64,000 bases of DNA, taken from NCBI GenBank assembly GCA_039028615.1, contig JBCCHT010000036.1:32001-96000 (forward strand), given 5' to 3'. The notes beneath the pieces are model-generated. The model made no database searches and had not been told where the DNA came from. It saw nothing but the letters and a program-made list of their open reading frames with translations. The stretch comes from Myxococcota bacterium (GTDB taxonomy: Bacteria > Myxococcota_A > Polyangia > Nannocystales > Nannocystaceae). Every line of letters begins with the position of its first letter. Position 1 is the stretch's first letter. The position numbers were made by a program, and so were the translations under genes. This document shows, in pieces, positions 18,571-29,540 of this stretch.

Positions 18571-19614
18571 ATGCCCGCGCCCTTCGACCTTCGCAGCGAC
18601 ACCGTGACCCGACCGACCGAGGCGATGCGCGCCGCGATGGCAGCCGCCGACGTCGGCGATGACTGCTACGGGGACGACCCCACCGTGCTCGAGCTGGAGG
18701 CCAAGGTCTCGGGCTTGCTCGGCAAGCCGGCCGCCGTGTTTTTACCCAGCGGCACCATGTCCAACCAGATCGCGGTGCGCATCCACTGCACGCCCGGCGA
18801 TGCGATCGCCTCGCACCCCACCGCCCACGTCCGAATCCACGAAAACGGCTCGGCCGCGGCCATCGCGGGGGCGCAGGTCATGCCGATCGGCACGCGACGC
18901 GGCTACAGCCAGCGCGAGCTCGAAGAGCTGTGCCACGAGGAGAGCGTCGGCTGGCCTCCGGTGCGCCTGGTCTGGCTGGAGAACACGCTGGGCGACGCGG
19001 GCGGCGTACCGTGGCCGCTGGAGGGACTGGAGTCCGTGTCGACCTGGGCGCGGGAGCAAGGCCGCGCGGTGCACCTGGACGGCGCCCGGCTGTGGAACGC
19101 CCACGTGGCCACCCGGACCCCGCTGAACGTGTTCGCCGCCTGTGCCGACTCGGTCGCCGTGTCGCTCAGCAAGGGCCTGGGCTGCCCGGTGGGCTCGGTG
19201 CTGTGCGGCTCCGAGGAGTTCATCGCCCAGGCCCGCGACTACAAGCACGCCATGGGCGGAGGCTTCCGGCAGGCGGGTATCCTGGCCGCGGCCGGCTTGC
19301 ACGCGCTCGAGCATCGGCTGCCGCGGCTGGCCGAGGATCACGCCCGCGCCCGTCGCTTGGCCGAAGCCCTGAGCGACCTGCCCTGCTGGGAGATGCCCAC
19401 GCCGGCCACCAACCTGGTCGTCGCTCCCGTACGAGCCCCGTGGGCGCACGCCGATCAGCTCTGCGCGCCGCTGCGAGAGGCCGGAGTGCTCTGCTACCCC
19501 AACGTGTATCGCGAGGTCCGCTTCGCCCTGCACCTTGGCATCCGCGACGAAGACCTCGACGAACTCATCGGCACCATTCGACGGGTCGTGACCTCGCTGA
19601 AGCCCCCGGCATAG
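18571..19614 (+). CDS. ltaE: Low-specificity L-threonine aldolase
   Basis: DLRSDTVT, GDDCYGDDPT, PSGTMSNQ, HLDGARLWNA, SLSKGLGCPVGS. Confidence 0.93.
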   Translation: MPAPFDLRSDTVTRPTEAMRAAMAAADVGDDCYGDDPTVLELEAKVSGLLGKPAAVFLPSGTMSNQIAVRIHCTPGDAIASHPTAHVRIHENGSAAAIAGAQVMPIGTRRGYSQRELEELCHEESVGWPPVRLVWLENTLGDAGGVPWPLEGLESVSTWAREQGRAVHLDGARLWNAHVATRTPLNVFAACADSVAVSLSKGLGCPVGSVLCGSEEFIAQARDYKHAMGGGFRQAGILAAAGLHALEHRLPRLAEDHARARRLAEALSDLPCWEMPTPATNLVVAPVRAPWAHADQLCAPLREAGVLCYPNVYREVRFALHLGIRDEDLDELIGTIRRVVTSLKPPA

Positions 19615-19640
19615 CGCCAAAGTTGGCGACCGAGAACGAC

Positions 19641-19677
19641 CGAGCCCCGGTCGCCGAAGTGGCGAGCCGGGGCTCGA
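19641..19677. terminator. Hairpin between convergent genes
   Basis: CGAGCCCCGGTCGCC-GAAGT-GGCGAGCCGGGGCTCG. Confidence 0.55.
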
Positions 19678-19697
19678 GTGCGTGGGTACGCCGCCGA

Positions 19698-21470
19698 TTA
19701 CGGCATCGTGACCGAGTACTGGAAGCCCATCGTCGCGGTCTTGAACTTCTTGAACTTGGCCTTCTTCAGCGCCCCGGCGACACAGTTGCCGAGCGAGCTG
19801 CTGGCATGCGACCCCGTGGGAGTGGCCTTGTTGACCAGACCCGAGGAGCCGGACACGGACAGCTTGACCATGACCTTCTCGCCCGGCTTGGCGCCGTGCT
19901 TGCCACCGCAGGCCTTGGCGGCCGGCTTCACCGACTTGAGGCCCGCCTTGATGTCGGTGTTGTTCAGCTTCTCGGGTGCACCCGGGTCAGAGGAACCGCC
20001 CGAGGATCCACCGCTGCTCTTGGGCTTCTTCTTGCTGCTGCCGCACTTGCTCGGGTCGAGGATGCAGTCGACGGACGGGGCGTCCTTCTTGGAGGAGCTG
20101 CTGCTGCCCGAGCCGCTGGAGCTCGAGCCGCTCGAGGAGCTGCTGGCCGTGCCCGAGGAGCTGCTGCCCTTCTTGGAGCTGCTGCGGCTGCTGCCCTTCT
20201 TGGAGCTGCCCTTCTTGGAGGAGGAGCTGGCGTCCGCAGCCGCGTCCGCCTCGGCCGCGTCGGCGCCATCGCTGTCGCCTTCGTCGTCCTTCTTGTCCTC
20301 GTCTTCCTTCTTGTCCTCGTCTTCCTTCTTGTCCTCGTCTTCCTTCTTGTCTTCGTCTTCCTTCTTGTCGTCTGCATCGGCAGCGACGGCAGGAGCGGCG
20401 ACCTCTTGGACGATGGTCTTGGGCTCTTCGGGTGGCTTGAGGATGATGTACGCAGCCAAGCCGCCGACCGCGAGGATCAGCACCACCATCATGATGTACA
20501 GCGGTGCGTTGGAACGCTGAGGTTGCGCCGGAGCAGCCGCGGCGGGCGTGGCCGCCTCGGGGCTGGGGGGCGCGACGAGAGGTGTGGCCGCCAAGCCACC
20601 GAAACCGCCTCCGCCAAAGCTGGGCAGGGCCGCGTCGTCGGCCGCGCCCTGGGGCGCCGCACTGGCGGCTGCCGCCCCGGCTCCGGCTCCACCGACCATC
20701 GAGCCCAGGGCTCGGATGTCGATGAGGCCCGACCCCTCGGAGGAGGGGGCCGAGGTCGCCAGTCCCTTGGAGGGGTTGGCCGCGGCTCGGGCTACGGGCG
20801 TGGCCGCTGCAGCGCCACCACCACCGCCGCCCGCCGCGGGAGCGGCTGCGCCGGCCGTAGCCATGGCTTGCAAGCTGTCGAGCGAGAACAACACAGAGTT
20901 CTCGTTCCGCTGTCCGGTGAGGCTCGAGACACGCGGGGATTCACCCCCGCCCGCAGCGGCTGCCGCTGCGCCACCGTCGGTGCCCGTGGCCGCGACCTCG
21001 GCTGCACCCGCGGCCGCTGCTCCGGCGGCGGCCCCGGCTGCTGCGCCAGCTGCCGCTGCTGCGCCTCCGGCTGCGTAATCGTTTTGGTTGGCACTCGCCG
21101 CGAACGGATCGTCGGATTGCTCGGGGAAGTCGGCGAAGGCCGGCACATCCGCCAGGGGAATCCAGTCGTCGAATCCCTCCTGCCAGACCGCGGTCTCCTT
21201 GTCGATCTCACCGGCGTCGTAGCGCTGGCGGACCTCCTCCTCGGACATGGGTCCAACCGTCTCGCCGTTGATCGCCAAGTGCCATCCGGGGGCGGCCTGA
21301 TCGACCGCGGCCGCAGACGCAGCGGCTCCCGCATCTGCGGCAGCGGCTCCCTTGTCCCGGACGATGATCACGTTGCTGCACTTCTTGCAACGAATCTTGA
21401 AGGTCTTACCGCGAACCTTCTCATCCGCGATCGAGTACTTAGCACCACACTTGTCGCATTCGATCTTCAT
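19698..21470 (-). CDS. GltJ/AgmX-like protein: zinc ribbon, GYF_2 domain, TM segment and TonB-C-like periplasmic domain
   Basis: MKIECDKCGAKY..KIRCKKC, WHLAINGETVGP..VWQEGFDDWIPL, TM LYIMMVVLILAVGGLAAYII, C-terminal IKAGLKSVKPAAKAC..LGNCVAGALKKAKF. Confidence 0.8.
   Translation of the reverse strand: MKIECDKCGAKYSIADEKVRGKTFKIRCKKCSNVIIVRDKGAAAADAGAAASAAAVDQAAPGWHLAINGETVGPMSEEEVRQRYDAGEIDKETAVWQEGFDDWIPLADVPAFADFPEQSDDPFAASANQNDYAAGGAAAAAGAAAGAAAGAAAAGAAEVAATGTDGGAAAAAAGGGESPRVSSLTGQRNENSVLFSLDSLQAMATAGAAAPAAGGGGGGAAAATPVARAAANPSKGLATSAPSSEGSGLIDIRALGSMVGGAGAGAAAASAAPQGAADDAALPSFGGGGFGGLAATPLVAPPSPEAATPAAAAPAQPQRSNAPLYIMMVVLILAVGGLAAYIILKPPEEPKTIVQEVAAPAVAADADDKKEDEDKKEDEDKKEDEDKKEDEDKKDDEGDSDGADAAEADAAADASSSSKKGSSKKGSSRSSSKKGSSSSGTASSSSSGSSSSGSGSSSSSKKDAPSVDCILDPSKCGSSKKKPKSSGGSSGGSSDPGAPEKLNNTDIKAGLKSVKPAAKACGGKHGAKPGEKVMVKLSVSGSSGLVNKATPTGSHASSSLGNCVAGALKKAKFKKFKTATMGFQYSVTMP
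20287..20369 (-). repeat. 18-bp coding tandem repeat (~4.6 copies; EDEDKK)
   Basis: Unit TCCTTCTTGTCCTCGTCT repeated in tandem. Confidence 0.9.
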
Positions 21471-21723
21471 TCGCGTGCGTCCCAGGGTCCTCGGTCGTGC
21501 GTGTCGAAGCAGCGTCGTCGAATGGCTGCGCGTTGAGCCCGCCGAGGCAGGTCGAGTATAGGGGAAGCGGCTCGGCGCGCACAACTGCGCCGCACCCTGA
21601 ACAACGACGCTAGACGCCGTTTTTAAGGCAACACGATCGGATCACTTCGGTCCGAGACCGCGCGATCGAGCATGGTAGTTTAGGCGTCCAGGGGCCGGGC
21701 TCGCAAGCGACCCCACCAGTTGT

Positions 21724-23013
21724 TCAGAACGCATCAGCGAAGCGAAGGGTCTGAGCGCGGTCTGGACCCACCGAGACCAGCACCACCGGGACCTCCGCCC
21801 GCTCTTCGATGAGCTCTAGATAGGTCCGAACGGGCCCTGGCAGGTCTTCGCGGCTCTTGGCGCTCTGCAGCTTGCCGACGATGGATGGATCTCCCCACCC
21901 GGGCACGGTCCGCAAACGGGGCACCGCGTTGTCCAGGCCGTCGCGGCCGGGGTCGACGTCATCTTCATAAGACTCGCAGACCTTGACCTCGGGAAGCGCG
22001 GCAAGGACGTCGAGCTTGGTGACGCACAGTCCGGTCATTCCCGACAGGCGCACGGCCCGGGCCAGCGCGGGCACGTCCAGCCAGCCGCAATCGCGGGGCC
22101 GACCGGTCGTCGCGCCGTACTCGGCTCCGGCCTCGCGAAGTCGCTCCGCCTCTGCGCCCTCGAGCCGCGTCGGGAACGGACCTCGCCCGACCCGCGTGGT
22201 GTAGGCCTTCGAGATTCCCCAGACCTCGTCGATGAGGGTGGGACCGATGCCGATGCCCGTGCACACGCCGCCCGCAATCGAGTTCGACGACGTCACGTAC
22301 GGGTACGTGCCGTGGTCGACGTCGAGCAGCGCACCTTGGGCGCCTTCGAAGAGCACCTTGTCGCCGCGACGAATCGCGCGGTGACAAAGGTCGCCCACGT
22401 CGCAGGCCATGGGCTCGATCCACTCGGCCCAGCGGCGCCCGAGTTTGACGAGGGCATCGACGTCGATGCCCGGCATGTCGGCGCCCAAGCGCGCGAGCTC
22501 GGGCTCGAGCGCGCCATGGTTTTTGTTCAGGACCTCGCGAAGCTTGCCTTCATCGAGCAGGTCGCGGATTCGGACGCCGCGGCGCGCCGCCTTGGCCTCG
22601 TACGCGGGGCCGACCCCACGACGGGTGGTGCCGATCTTCTCGCGCCCCGTGGCCCGGTCCTCGCGAAGACCATCGAGCTGGCGGTGGTAGGGAAACACGA
22701 CGTGGGCGTCGAGCGACACTCGCAGCTCGTCCTGCTTCAGCAAGCCCAGTCCTTGCAGCTGATCGATCTCGCCGCGGAAGACCTCCGGGTCGATGACCAT
22801 GCCCGCTCCCAGTGCGCACTGCGTGCCGGGATAGCTGCAGCCCGACGGCACCAAGTGGGTGATGAGCTTCTGCCCGTCGACCACGAGGGTATGGCCGGCG
22901 TTGTTGCCCCCGGCAAAACGAGCGACGACGCTCGCCTCTTCGGACAGGACGTCGACGACCTTGCCCTTGCCCTCGTCTCCCCACTGCGCCCCAACGACGA
23001 CCAACGTGCTCAT
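21724..23013 (-). CDS. purA: Adenylosuccinate synthetase
   Basis: GAQWGDEGKGK, GGNNAGHT, EGAQGALLDVDHGTYPYVTSS, EYGATTGRPR. Confidence 0.97.
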   Translation of the reverse strand: MSTLVVVGAQWGDEGKGKVVDVLSEEASVVARFAGGNNAGHTLVVDGQKLITHLVPSGCSYPGTQCALGAGMVIDPEVFRGEIDQLQGLGLLKQDELRVSLDAHVVFPYHRQLDGLREDRATGREKIGTTRRGVGPAYEAKAARRGVRIRDLLDEGKLREVLNKNHGALEPELARLGADMPGIDVDALVKLGRRWAEWIEPMACDVGDLCHRAIRRGDKVLFEGAQGALLDVDHGTYPYVTSSNSIAGGVCTGIGIGPTLIDEVWGISKAYTTRVGRGPFPTRLEGAEAERLREAGAEYGATTGRPRDCGWLDVPALARAVRLSGMTGLCVTKLDVLAALPEVKVCESYEDDVDPGRDGLDNAVPRLRTVPGWGDPSIVGKLQSAKSREDLPGPVRTYLELIEERAEVPVVLVSVGPDRAQTLRFADAF

Positions 23014-24338
23014 GCTGTCTCCTGCGCCTTTGTGGTCCAGCCTTGCGGACCGTGAAACCATGATTTGGACCCCGAGGCGTCCATGAAGGTGAGCCGATCG
23101 GCCTGCGCCACCTCGGCTTGGGCCTGCGCCCGCTCGAGGGTCAGCCCCGGCTGCACCCAGGCCCGACGCCCCTGCTCTCGCGCCTCGCGGGCGGCGAGCT
23201 GAGCCTGGGGCCGTGCGCGGGCGTCCTCGAAGGACGGGTCGATCGCCACCAAGTGTCCGGGCGGCTCGGCCTTCGCCGTCAGCCCGCCCTGCTCGGCCAG
23301 CGCGACCTCGAGGGCGTCGAGGTCGACGGCGAACCCGGTGGCGGGACGCGGCACGCCGTAGCGACGCGGCAGGCCGTCGTAGCGACCGCCCCGGATCACG
23401 GGGTGATGCACGCCTCGCGCCCAGCCCCGGATGCGAATCCCCGAGTAGTAGTCGAAGCCCCGCGCCTCACCCAGGTCGAGGGTGATGCGATCGGTGAGGT
23501 CGTCGCCGAAGCTCGCCAAGTGCTCGAGCGTGGCGGACAGCTGCGACAGCGCCTCGTCGACGCCGGTATCGGCCAAGACCTCGCGCGCTCGCGCCAGCAC
23601 ATCGGCCGGGGCACCAAAGAGGTCACACAGCGCGATCGTGGCTCGGGCCACCGACCCGCGGCAGCCGTGCGACGACAGCAGGCGGTCGAGGCCAGGCCGA
23701 TCTTTGCGCGTCAGCAGAGCCTGGGCCTGCGTCCCCACGCTGTCGGGCAAGCCGAGCCCGTCGAGCAAGCCGCGCGCGATGGCGGTGTGGGCCAGGTCGA
23801 GGCGAAAATCCTGCAAGCCGGCCGCGGTCAGCGACGCGATGGCCAGCGCCATGAGCTCGGCGTCGGCGGCCGGGTCGTCGTCGCCGATCATCTCGATGCC
23901 GACCTGGTGAATCTCGGTCTGCTGGCGCGCCTCGGTGTGGTGGCGCAGGACCTCGGCCGCGTAGCTGAAGCGATACACGACGTCCTCGGGCAGCTCGCCG
24001 CCCCAGCGCTGAGCCAGCATGCGAGCCACCTGCGGCGTGACGTCGGCCCGCAGCGTGACCAGCTCGCCGCTGCCCGCCGCGATGAAGCGAATGCAGCCCC
24101 GACGATCGTCCTCGGACAGGCCCCGGGCCAACACGTCGAAGTACTCGATGGCCGGCGTCCCGACCGGCTCGTAGCCCCAGGCCTCGAAGGTGGTCCGCAG
24201 CGTCGAGGTCAACGTGCGGCGGATCCGAAAGGCGGCCGGCAGCAGGTCGCGAGACCCACCGGGCAGCGCCGCCCACGGAGAATCCGCGAGGCGTTCGGGG
24301 GCCGTGGCCAACGAGGGACTCTGGTCGCGGTCGTTCAT
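23010..24338 (-). CDS. hisZ: ATP phosphoribosyltransferase regulatory subunit
   Basis: HisRS-like motifs LRADVTPQVAR, QVGIEMIG, DYYSG, GGRYD. Overlaps the purA start (ATGA), the usual hisZ-purA order. Confidence 0.88.
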   Translation of the reverse strand: MNDRDQSPSLATAPERLADSPWAALPGGSRDLLPAAFRIRRTLTSTLRTTFEAWGYEPVGTPAIEYFDVLARGLSEDDRRGCIRFIAAGSGELVTLRADVTPQVARMLAQRWGGELPEDVVYRFSYAAEVLRHHTEARQQTEIHQVGIEMIGDDDPAADAELMALAIASLTAAGLQDFRLDLAHTAIARGLLDGLGLPDSVGTQAQALLTRKDRPGLDRLLSSHGCRGSVARATIALCDLFGAPADVLARAREVLADTGVDEALSQLSATLEHLASFGDDLTDRITLDLGEARGFDYYSGIRIRGWARGVHHPVIRGGRYDGLPRRYGVPRPATGFAVDLDALEVALAEQGGLTAKAEPPGHLVAIDPSFEDARARPQAQLAAREAREQGRRAWVQPGLTLERAQAQAEVAQADRLTFMDASGSKSWFHGPQGWTTKAQETA

Positions 24339-24428
24339 TGGCGCGCTGCCTCGGCCGGACCTATAGCACGGGCGTCCGCGCGCGCGGGGTGAACAATCGC
24401 GACCCCGCAGGTCGACGCGCGTCGGCCG

Positions 24429-25697
<1,269 letters not shown>

Positions 25698-25741
25698 CGC
25701 CTCGATTTCGTTTGGTGGAGGTCCTCGTTCGGGATCCTGGC

Positions 25742-27322
25742 CTAGTGCCGGAAGTGACGCTCGCCGGTCATCAGCATCGCGATGCCGTGCTCGTCGGCGG
25801 CCGCGATGACCTCTTCGTCACGCTTCGACCCGCCCGGCTGGATCATCGCCCGCACGCCGGCCTTGGCCGCCGCATCGACGCCGTCGCGGAAGGGGAAGAA
25901 CCCGTCCGAGGCCAGCACGGCGCCCGCCGCTTCCTCACCGGCCCGGCCCGCGGCCTGCCGCGAAGCCTCGACCCGAGAGGTCTGCCCGCCGCCGATGCCC
26001 ACCGTCACGCCGTTTTTGGCCATGACGATCGCGTTGGAGCGCACGTGCTTGGCCACGCGCCAGGCGACCTCGAGGTCGTGCATCTCTTCGGCGGTGGGGG
26101 CCCGCTTGGTGGCCACGCGGGCCTGGGCCGCGCCCACGTGCATCACGTCGTCGCGCTGCACCAACAGCCCGCCCGCGACCGAGCGCGCCCGCCAGGCGGG
26201 AGGGCCCTCGGCGAACATGCCGGGAAGCTCGAGCACGCGCAGGTTCTTCTTGCGGGCCAGGATCTCGCGCGCCGTGGTCGAGTAGCTCGGGGCGATGACC
26301 ACCTCTATGAAGGTCTCTGCCACCAGCTCGGCCGTGGCCGCGTCCAGCTCCTGGCTGACGGACACGATGCCCCCGAAGGCGCTCTCGGCATCGGCCTCGC
26401 GGGCGCGTCGGTACACCTCGGCGAGCGTGGCATCGCCCTGCCCCACAGCCGCGCCGCAGGGCGAGGCGTGCTTGAAGACCGCCGCGGACACGCCCATCGG
26501 CTGCAGATCGCGGATGATGGCCAGCGCCGCGTCGGCGTCGAGCAGGTTGTTGTAGCTCAGCGCCTTGCCCTGGTGGACGATGGCCTGGGGCAACCCGGGG
26601 GCCTCGCCCGCCTCACCGGCCACCGCATAGAAGCCGGCCGTCTGGTGGGGGTTCTCGCCGTAGCGCAGCGTGCCCTGGGCCTCGCCCCCCGTGAAGAACA
26701 CCGGAGCCGCCTTCGGTCCGTGGTCGCCCTGGCCCGCCAGGTACGAGGCAATGGCCGTGTCGTAGGCCGCGGTATGGGCAAAGGCCTTGCGCGCCAGCTC
26801 GAAGCGCATGGCCTCGGGGATGGTGCCGCCGTTTTGTGCCAGTGCCTCTGCCACCTGGTCGTAGTCCGTCGGATCGACGATCACGGCCACGCGGGCCGCG
26901 TTCTTGGCCGCCGCCCGCACCATGGTGGGCCCGCCGATGTCGATATTCTCGACCGCGCGCGCCAGGTCGCAGGCGGGATCGGCAATGACCTCGCGGAAGG
27001 GATAGAGGTTGACCACCACCAGGTCGATGGCCGGGATGTCGTGCCGCTCCCGCTCCGCGTCGTGCTCGGCCGTGGGCGCAGCCAGGATCCCGCCGTGAAT
27101 TCGCGGGTGCAGGGTCTTGACCCGGCCGCCGAGGATCTCCGGGGCCCCGGTGTAGTCGCTGACCTTCTCGACCGCGACACCCAGCTCGCTCAGAGCCCGG
27201 TACGTGCCACCGGTCGACAGCACCTCGACCTTGCACTCGACGAGCATCTTCGCCAGGCGATCCAAGTTGGACTTGTCGCTGACGGAGACCAGGGCGCGGC
27301 GAATCGGGATCGGCTTGGACAC
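25742..27322 (-). CDS. purH: Bifunctional AICAR transformylase/IMP cyclohydrolase
   Basis: ALVSVSDK, GRVKTLHP, IDIGGPTM, LRYGENPHQ, ASDGFFPF, RHFRH. Confidence 0.97.
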   Translation of the reverse strand: MSKPIPIRRALVSVSDKSNLDRLAKMLVECKVEVLSTGGTYRALSELGVAVEKVSDYTGAPEILGGRVKTLHPRIHGGILAAPTAEHDAERERHDIPAIDLVVVNLYPFREVIADPACDLARAVENIDIGGPTMVRAAAKNAARVAVIVDPTDYDQVAEALAQNGGTIPEAMRFELARKAFAHTAAYDTAIASYLAGQGDHGPKAAPVFFTGGEAQGTLRYGENPHQTAGFYAVAGEAGEAPGLPQAIVHQGKALSYNNLLDADAALAIIRDLQPMGVSAAVFKHASPCGAAVGQGDATLAEVYRRAREADAESAFGGIVSVSQELDAATAELVAETFIEVVIAPSYSTTAREILARKKNLRVLELPGMFAEGPPAWRARSVAGGLLVQRDDVMHVGAAQARVATKRAPTAEEMHDLEVAWRVAKHVRSNAIVMAKNGVTVGIGGGQTSRVEASRQAAGRAGEEAAGAVLASDGFFPFRDGVDAAAKAGVRAMIQPGGSKRDEEVIAAADEHGIAMLMTGERHFRH

Positions 27323-27666
27323 GGCGCCCCGTTATCGTGCGCGTCCGTGGGGGGTCAAGGCATCCCGCGACCTGCGCGAAGCCGATCGGCCGGAGGGATG
27401 GCCTCCCCCTGCTCGCACGAGGGAACGCGCACGTTCTTACGCACCCGTGAGATCTCGCCGAGGCTCCAAAACGAAGCGCCCACCACCGGTGTGGAGGGCG
27501 CCGAAGAGGTCGATTCCGCGGAAAACGCGGGCTTTTGCCAGGTGGTCGATGGCAGGTGCAAAAGTGGCGCGGCGCTGCGGCCCGGACTCATCCGTCGGTG
27601 CACCCGAAAGATGAACCGCGCCGCAGGGCCGTGCCCGGCAGGGCGGGCACGACGACCCCGACGCCC

Positions 27667-28164
27667 CTATTGCTCCTGCTTGGCCAAGTAGGTCAGCAGC
27701 TCTTCGCCGCCGGCCTCGCGCAGCTTCATGAGGCCGCGGACCTCGACCTGGCGGATTCGCTCGCGAGTGAGGTTGAGAATCTCGCCCACCTCCTCGAGGG
27801 TGATGCCGCCCTGCTGGGCCACGTCGAGGGCACAGCTGGCCTTGAGCTCCCAGACCTCGCGATCGGGGAAGTTGACCTTGATGCTGCCCGTGTTCGGGTT
27901 GACGTCGATGTACAGGTGGTACTTGCAGCTGACGTAGGGGCAGGGCCGGGCGACGTTGGAGCACTCGCCGCGAGTCTTGGGGCGCCAGTAGCTGCGCTCG
28001 GGGTACAGCAGCGCGCCGATGCGAAGCTCTTCCTTGGTCAGGCGCTTCATCGCGATCGTCTTGGCCTTGGGACGGCGGACGATCGGCTGGGGATCGGGGA
28101 GCAGCTGGGGCTCCTCGTCGGGAGTCGTCGGTTCAGCGGTGGTCTCGGGGTCGTACTTGAGCAT
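27667..28164 (-). CDS. Small Cys-rich protein with a C-terminal sigma-70 region-4 HTH
   Basis: [23 protein letters not shown] followed by [20 protein letters not shown]. No sigma region 2. Confidence 0.85.
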   Translation of the reverse strand: MLKYDPETTAEPTTPDEEPQLLPDPQPIVRRPKAKTIAMKRLTKEELRIGALLYPERSYWRPKTRGECSNVARPCPYVSCKYHLYIDVNPNTGSIKVNFPDREVWELKASCALDVAQQGGITLEEVGEILNLTRERIRQVEVRGLMKLREAGGEELLTYLAKQEQ

Positions 28165-28268
28165 TGGTCGGTCCCTGCGGGTGTGGTGAGTTCCGGGGTC
28201 GAGGAGGAGGAAGGTGAAGCGAGGCGTAGGTTGGTGAGCCCCGGGGAGGGCCCTACGGCTGTCACGAG

Positions 28269-28967
28269 CTAGAGGAGTTCGGTGGGGCTGGCCGCTCCGC
28301 CGCCGCGGGGCCGGGCCTGTTCGCCGCTGGCGATGATGAGCTTCTCGAGGCGCTGCACTCCGGTGAGCAGGTGCTCTGCGCTGTGTTTGATCGAGTCGAG
28401 CTCGCGGCTGAGACGGTCACGGGTCGGCGAGGGAGGTTGCTGCCCGATGCGGTCGTCGAAGAGGCGGGTCAGCTCGCCCAGCGCCTCGTCGAGGGTCTCG
28501 ATGTTGTCCTTGAAGGTCAGGAAGCGGTTTTGGATCTCCTCGATCGTGTAGCGCTCGGCCATGAGCTGCTTGATCGTGTTGATCCGTCGGACGGCCCGGA
28601 CCGGGTAGACCCCGCGGGAGCCGAGGTGCTTGCCCTTGCGTCCCACTCGGCGGCTGCGGGGCACGAGCCCGAGCTGCACGTATTTGCGGAGGGTGGCTTC
28701 GCTGAACTTGATCGACTTACGAGAGAACACGGCCACCAGCTCCTGCGAGGTCAACCCGTTGGGGCTGTCCTGCTCGATCTCGCGGACCTGAGCTTCGCTG
28801 AGAGCGACCTGCATCTCGGGAGGGATGGGGGCGAAAGAGGAAACGACGCGGGCACGGTCGCGAGGGGACGCGAGCCGAGCGGTGGGGGTCGATGGAAGCC
28901 GGGGATGCTCGGCGGTGGTGTCACCGAGACCTCGACTTGGCTTTCGAGGGGGAGACGGGGCTGACAC
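28269..28967 (-). CDS. MerR-like winged-HTH transcriptional regulator with a coiled-coil C-terminus
   Basis: [46 protein letters not shown]. Start is uncertain. Confidence 0.8.
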   Translation of the reverse strand: MSAPSPPRKPSRGLGDTTAEHPRLPSTPTARLASPRDRARVVSSFAPIPPEMQVALSEAQVREIEQDSPNGLTSQELVAVFSRKSIKFSEATLRKYVQLGLVPRSRRVGRKGKHLGSRGVYPVRAVRRINTIKQLMAERYTIEEIQNRFLTFKDNIETLDEALGELTRLFDDRIGQQPPSPTRDRLSRELDSIKHSAEHLLTGVQRLEKLIIASGEQARPRGGGAASPTELL

Positions 28968-29540
28968 GAAGGAGCGGTTCGGGTGGTCCGGTCATGGAGA
29001 CCGGCGCGCTCTGTTTTTCGTGTGGAAGGAGGCGCCTCGTCTATGCCTCGTCAATGTATTCCATTCAGTGGATCTTTAGGAAGCACTTTCTTTTCACTTT
29101 CTCAAACTTTTTGCGATCTCTTCGATGCGAACTTGTTCAGTAATCGGTTCCAAGACGTCCCGCGTCGGTGCTCTTCAATCGCCGGTTCGCGCCCGCGATC
29201 ACGAGATCGACGACGCGTTGAAGCGACCGAAGACAGGGCCGAAGGGCCGCCACTGAACACGTCACCAGCGGCCGTGCTCGCATGGATTTCACGACCGCGA
29301 ATTCGAACGTGGTTCGATCGTCGTTCGAGGGAAATTCGCGTCACGCGAAGACGGCCGACGATCCGCATTGCGAGGCCAAGAGGCCGGAGTCTCGCGATGC
29401 GAACGAAGCTCGTCGCTGACGTTCGCGCGACACGAACGAACCGCGACGGCTGCAACGCGAGCGCAGGAGATCTCTTCTCCACTCACGCGAGCCGCAGCGA
29501 CGTCTCGCTCGCCAACGCAGAGCTCCTGGCGTCGAAGCGA

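Noticed and set aside
27323..27666. ZTP (pfl) riboswitch upstream of purH
   Set aside because: I could not find the conserved pfl elements, and a TTGACC-N16-GATAAC promoter-like sequence sits only 8 nt before the start codon, leaving no room for a leader.
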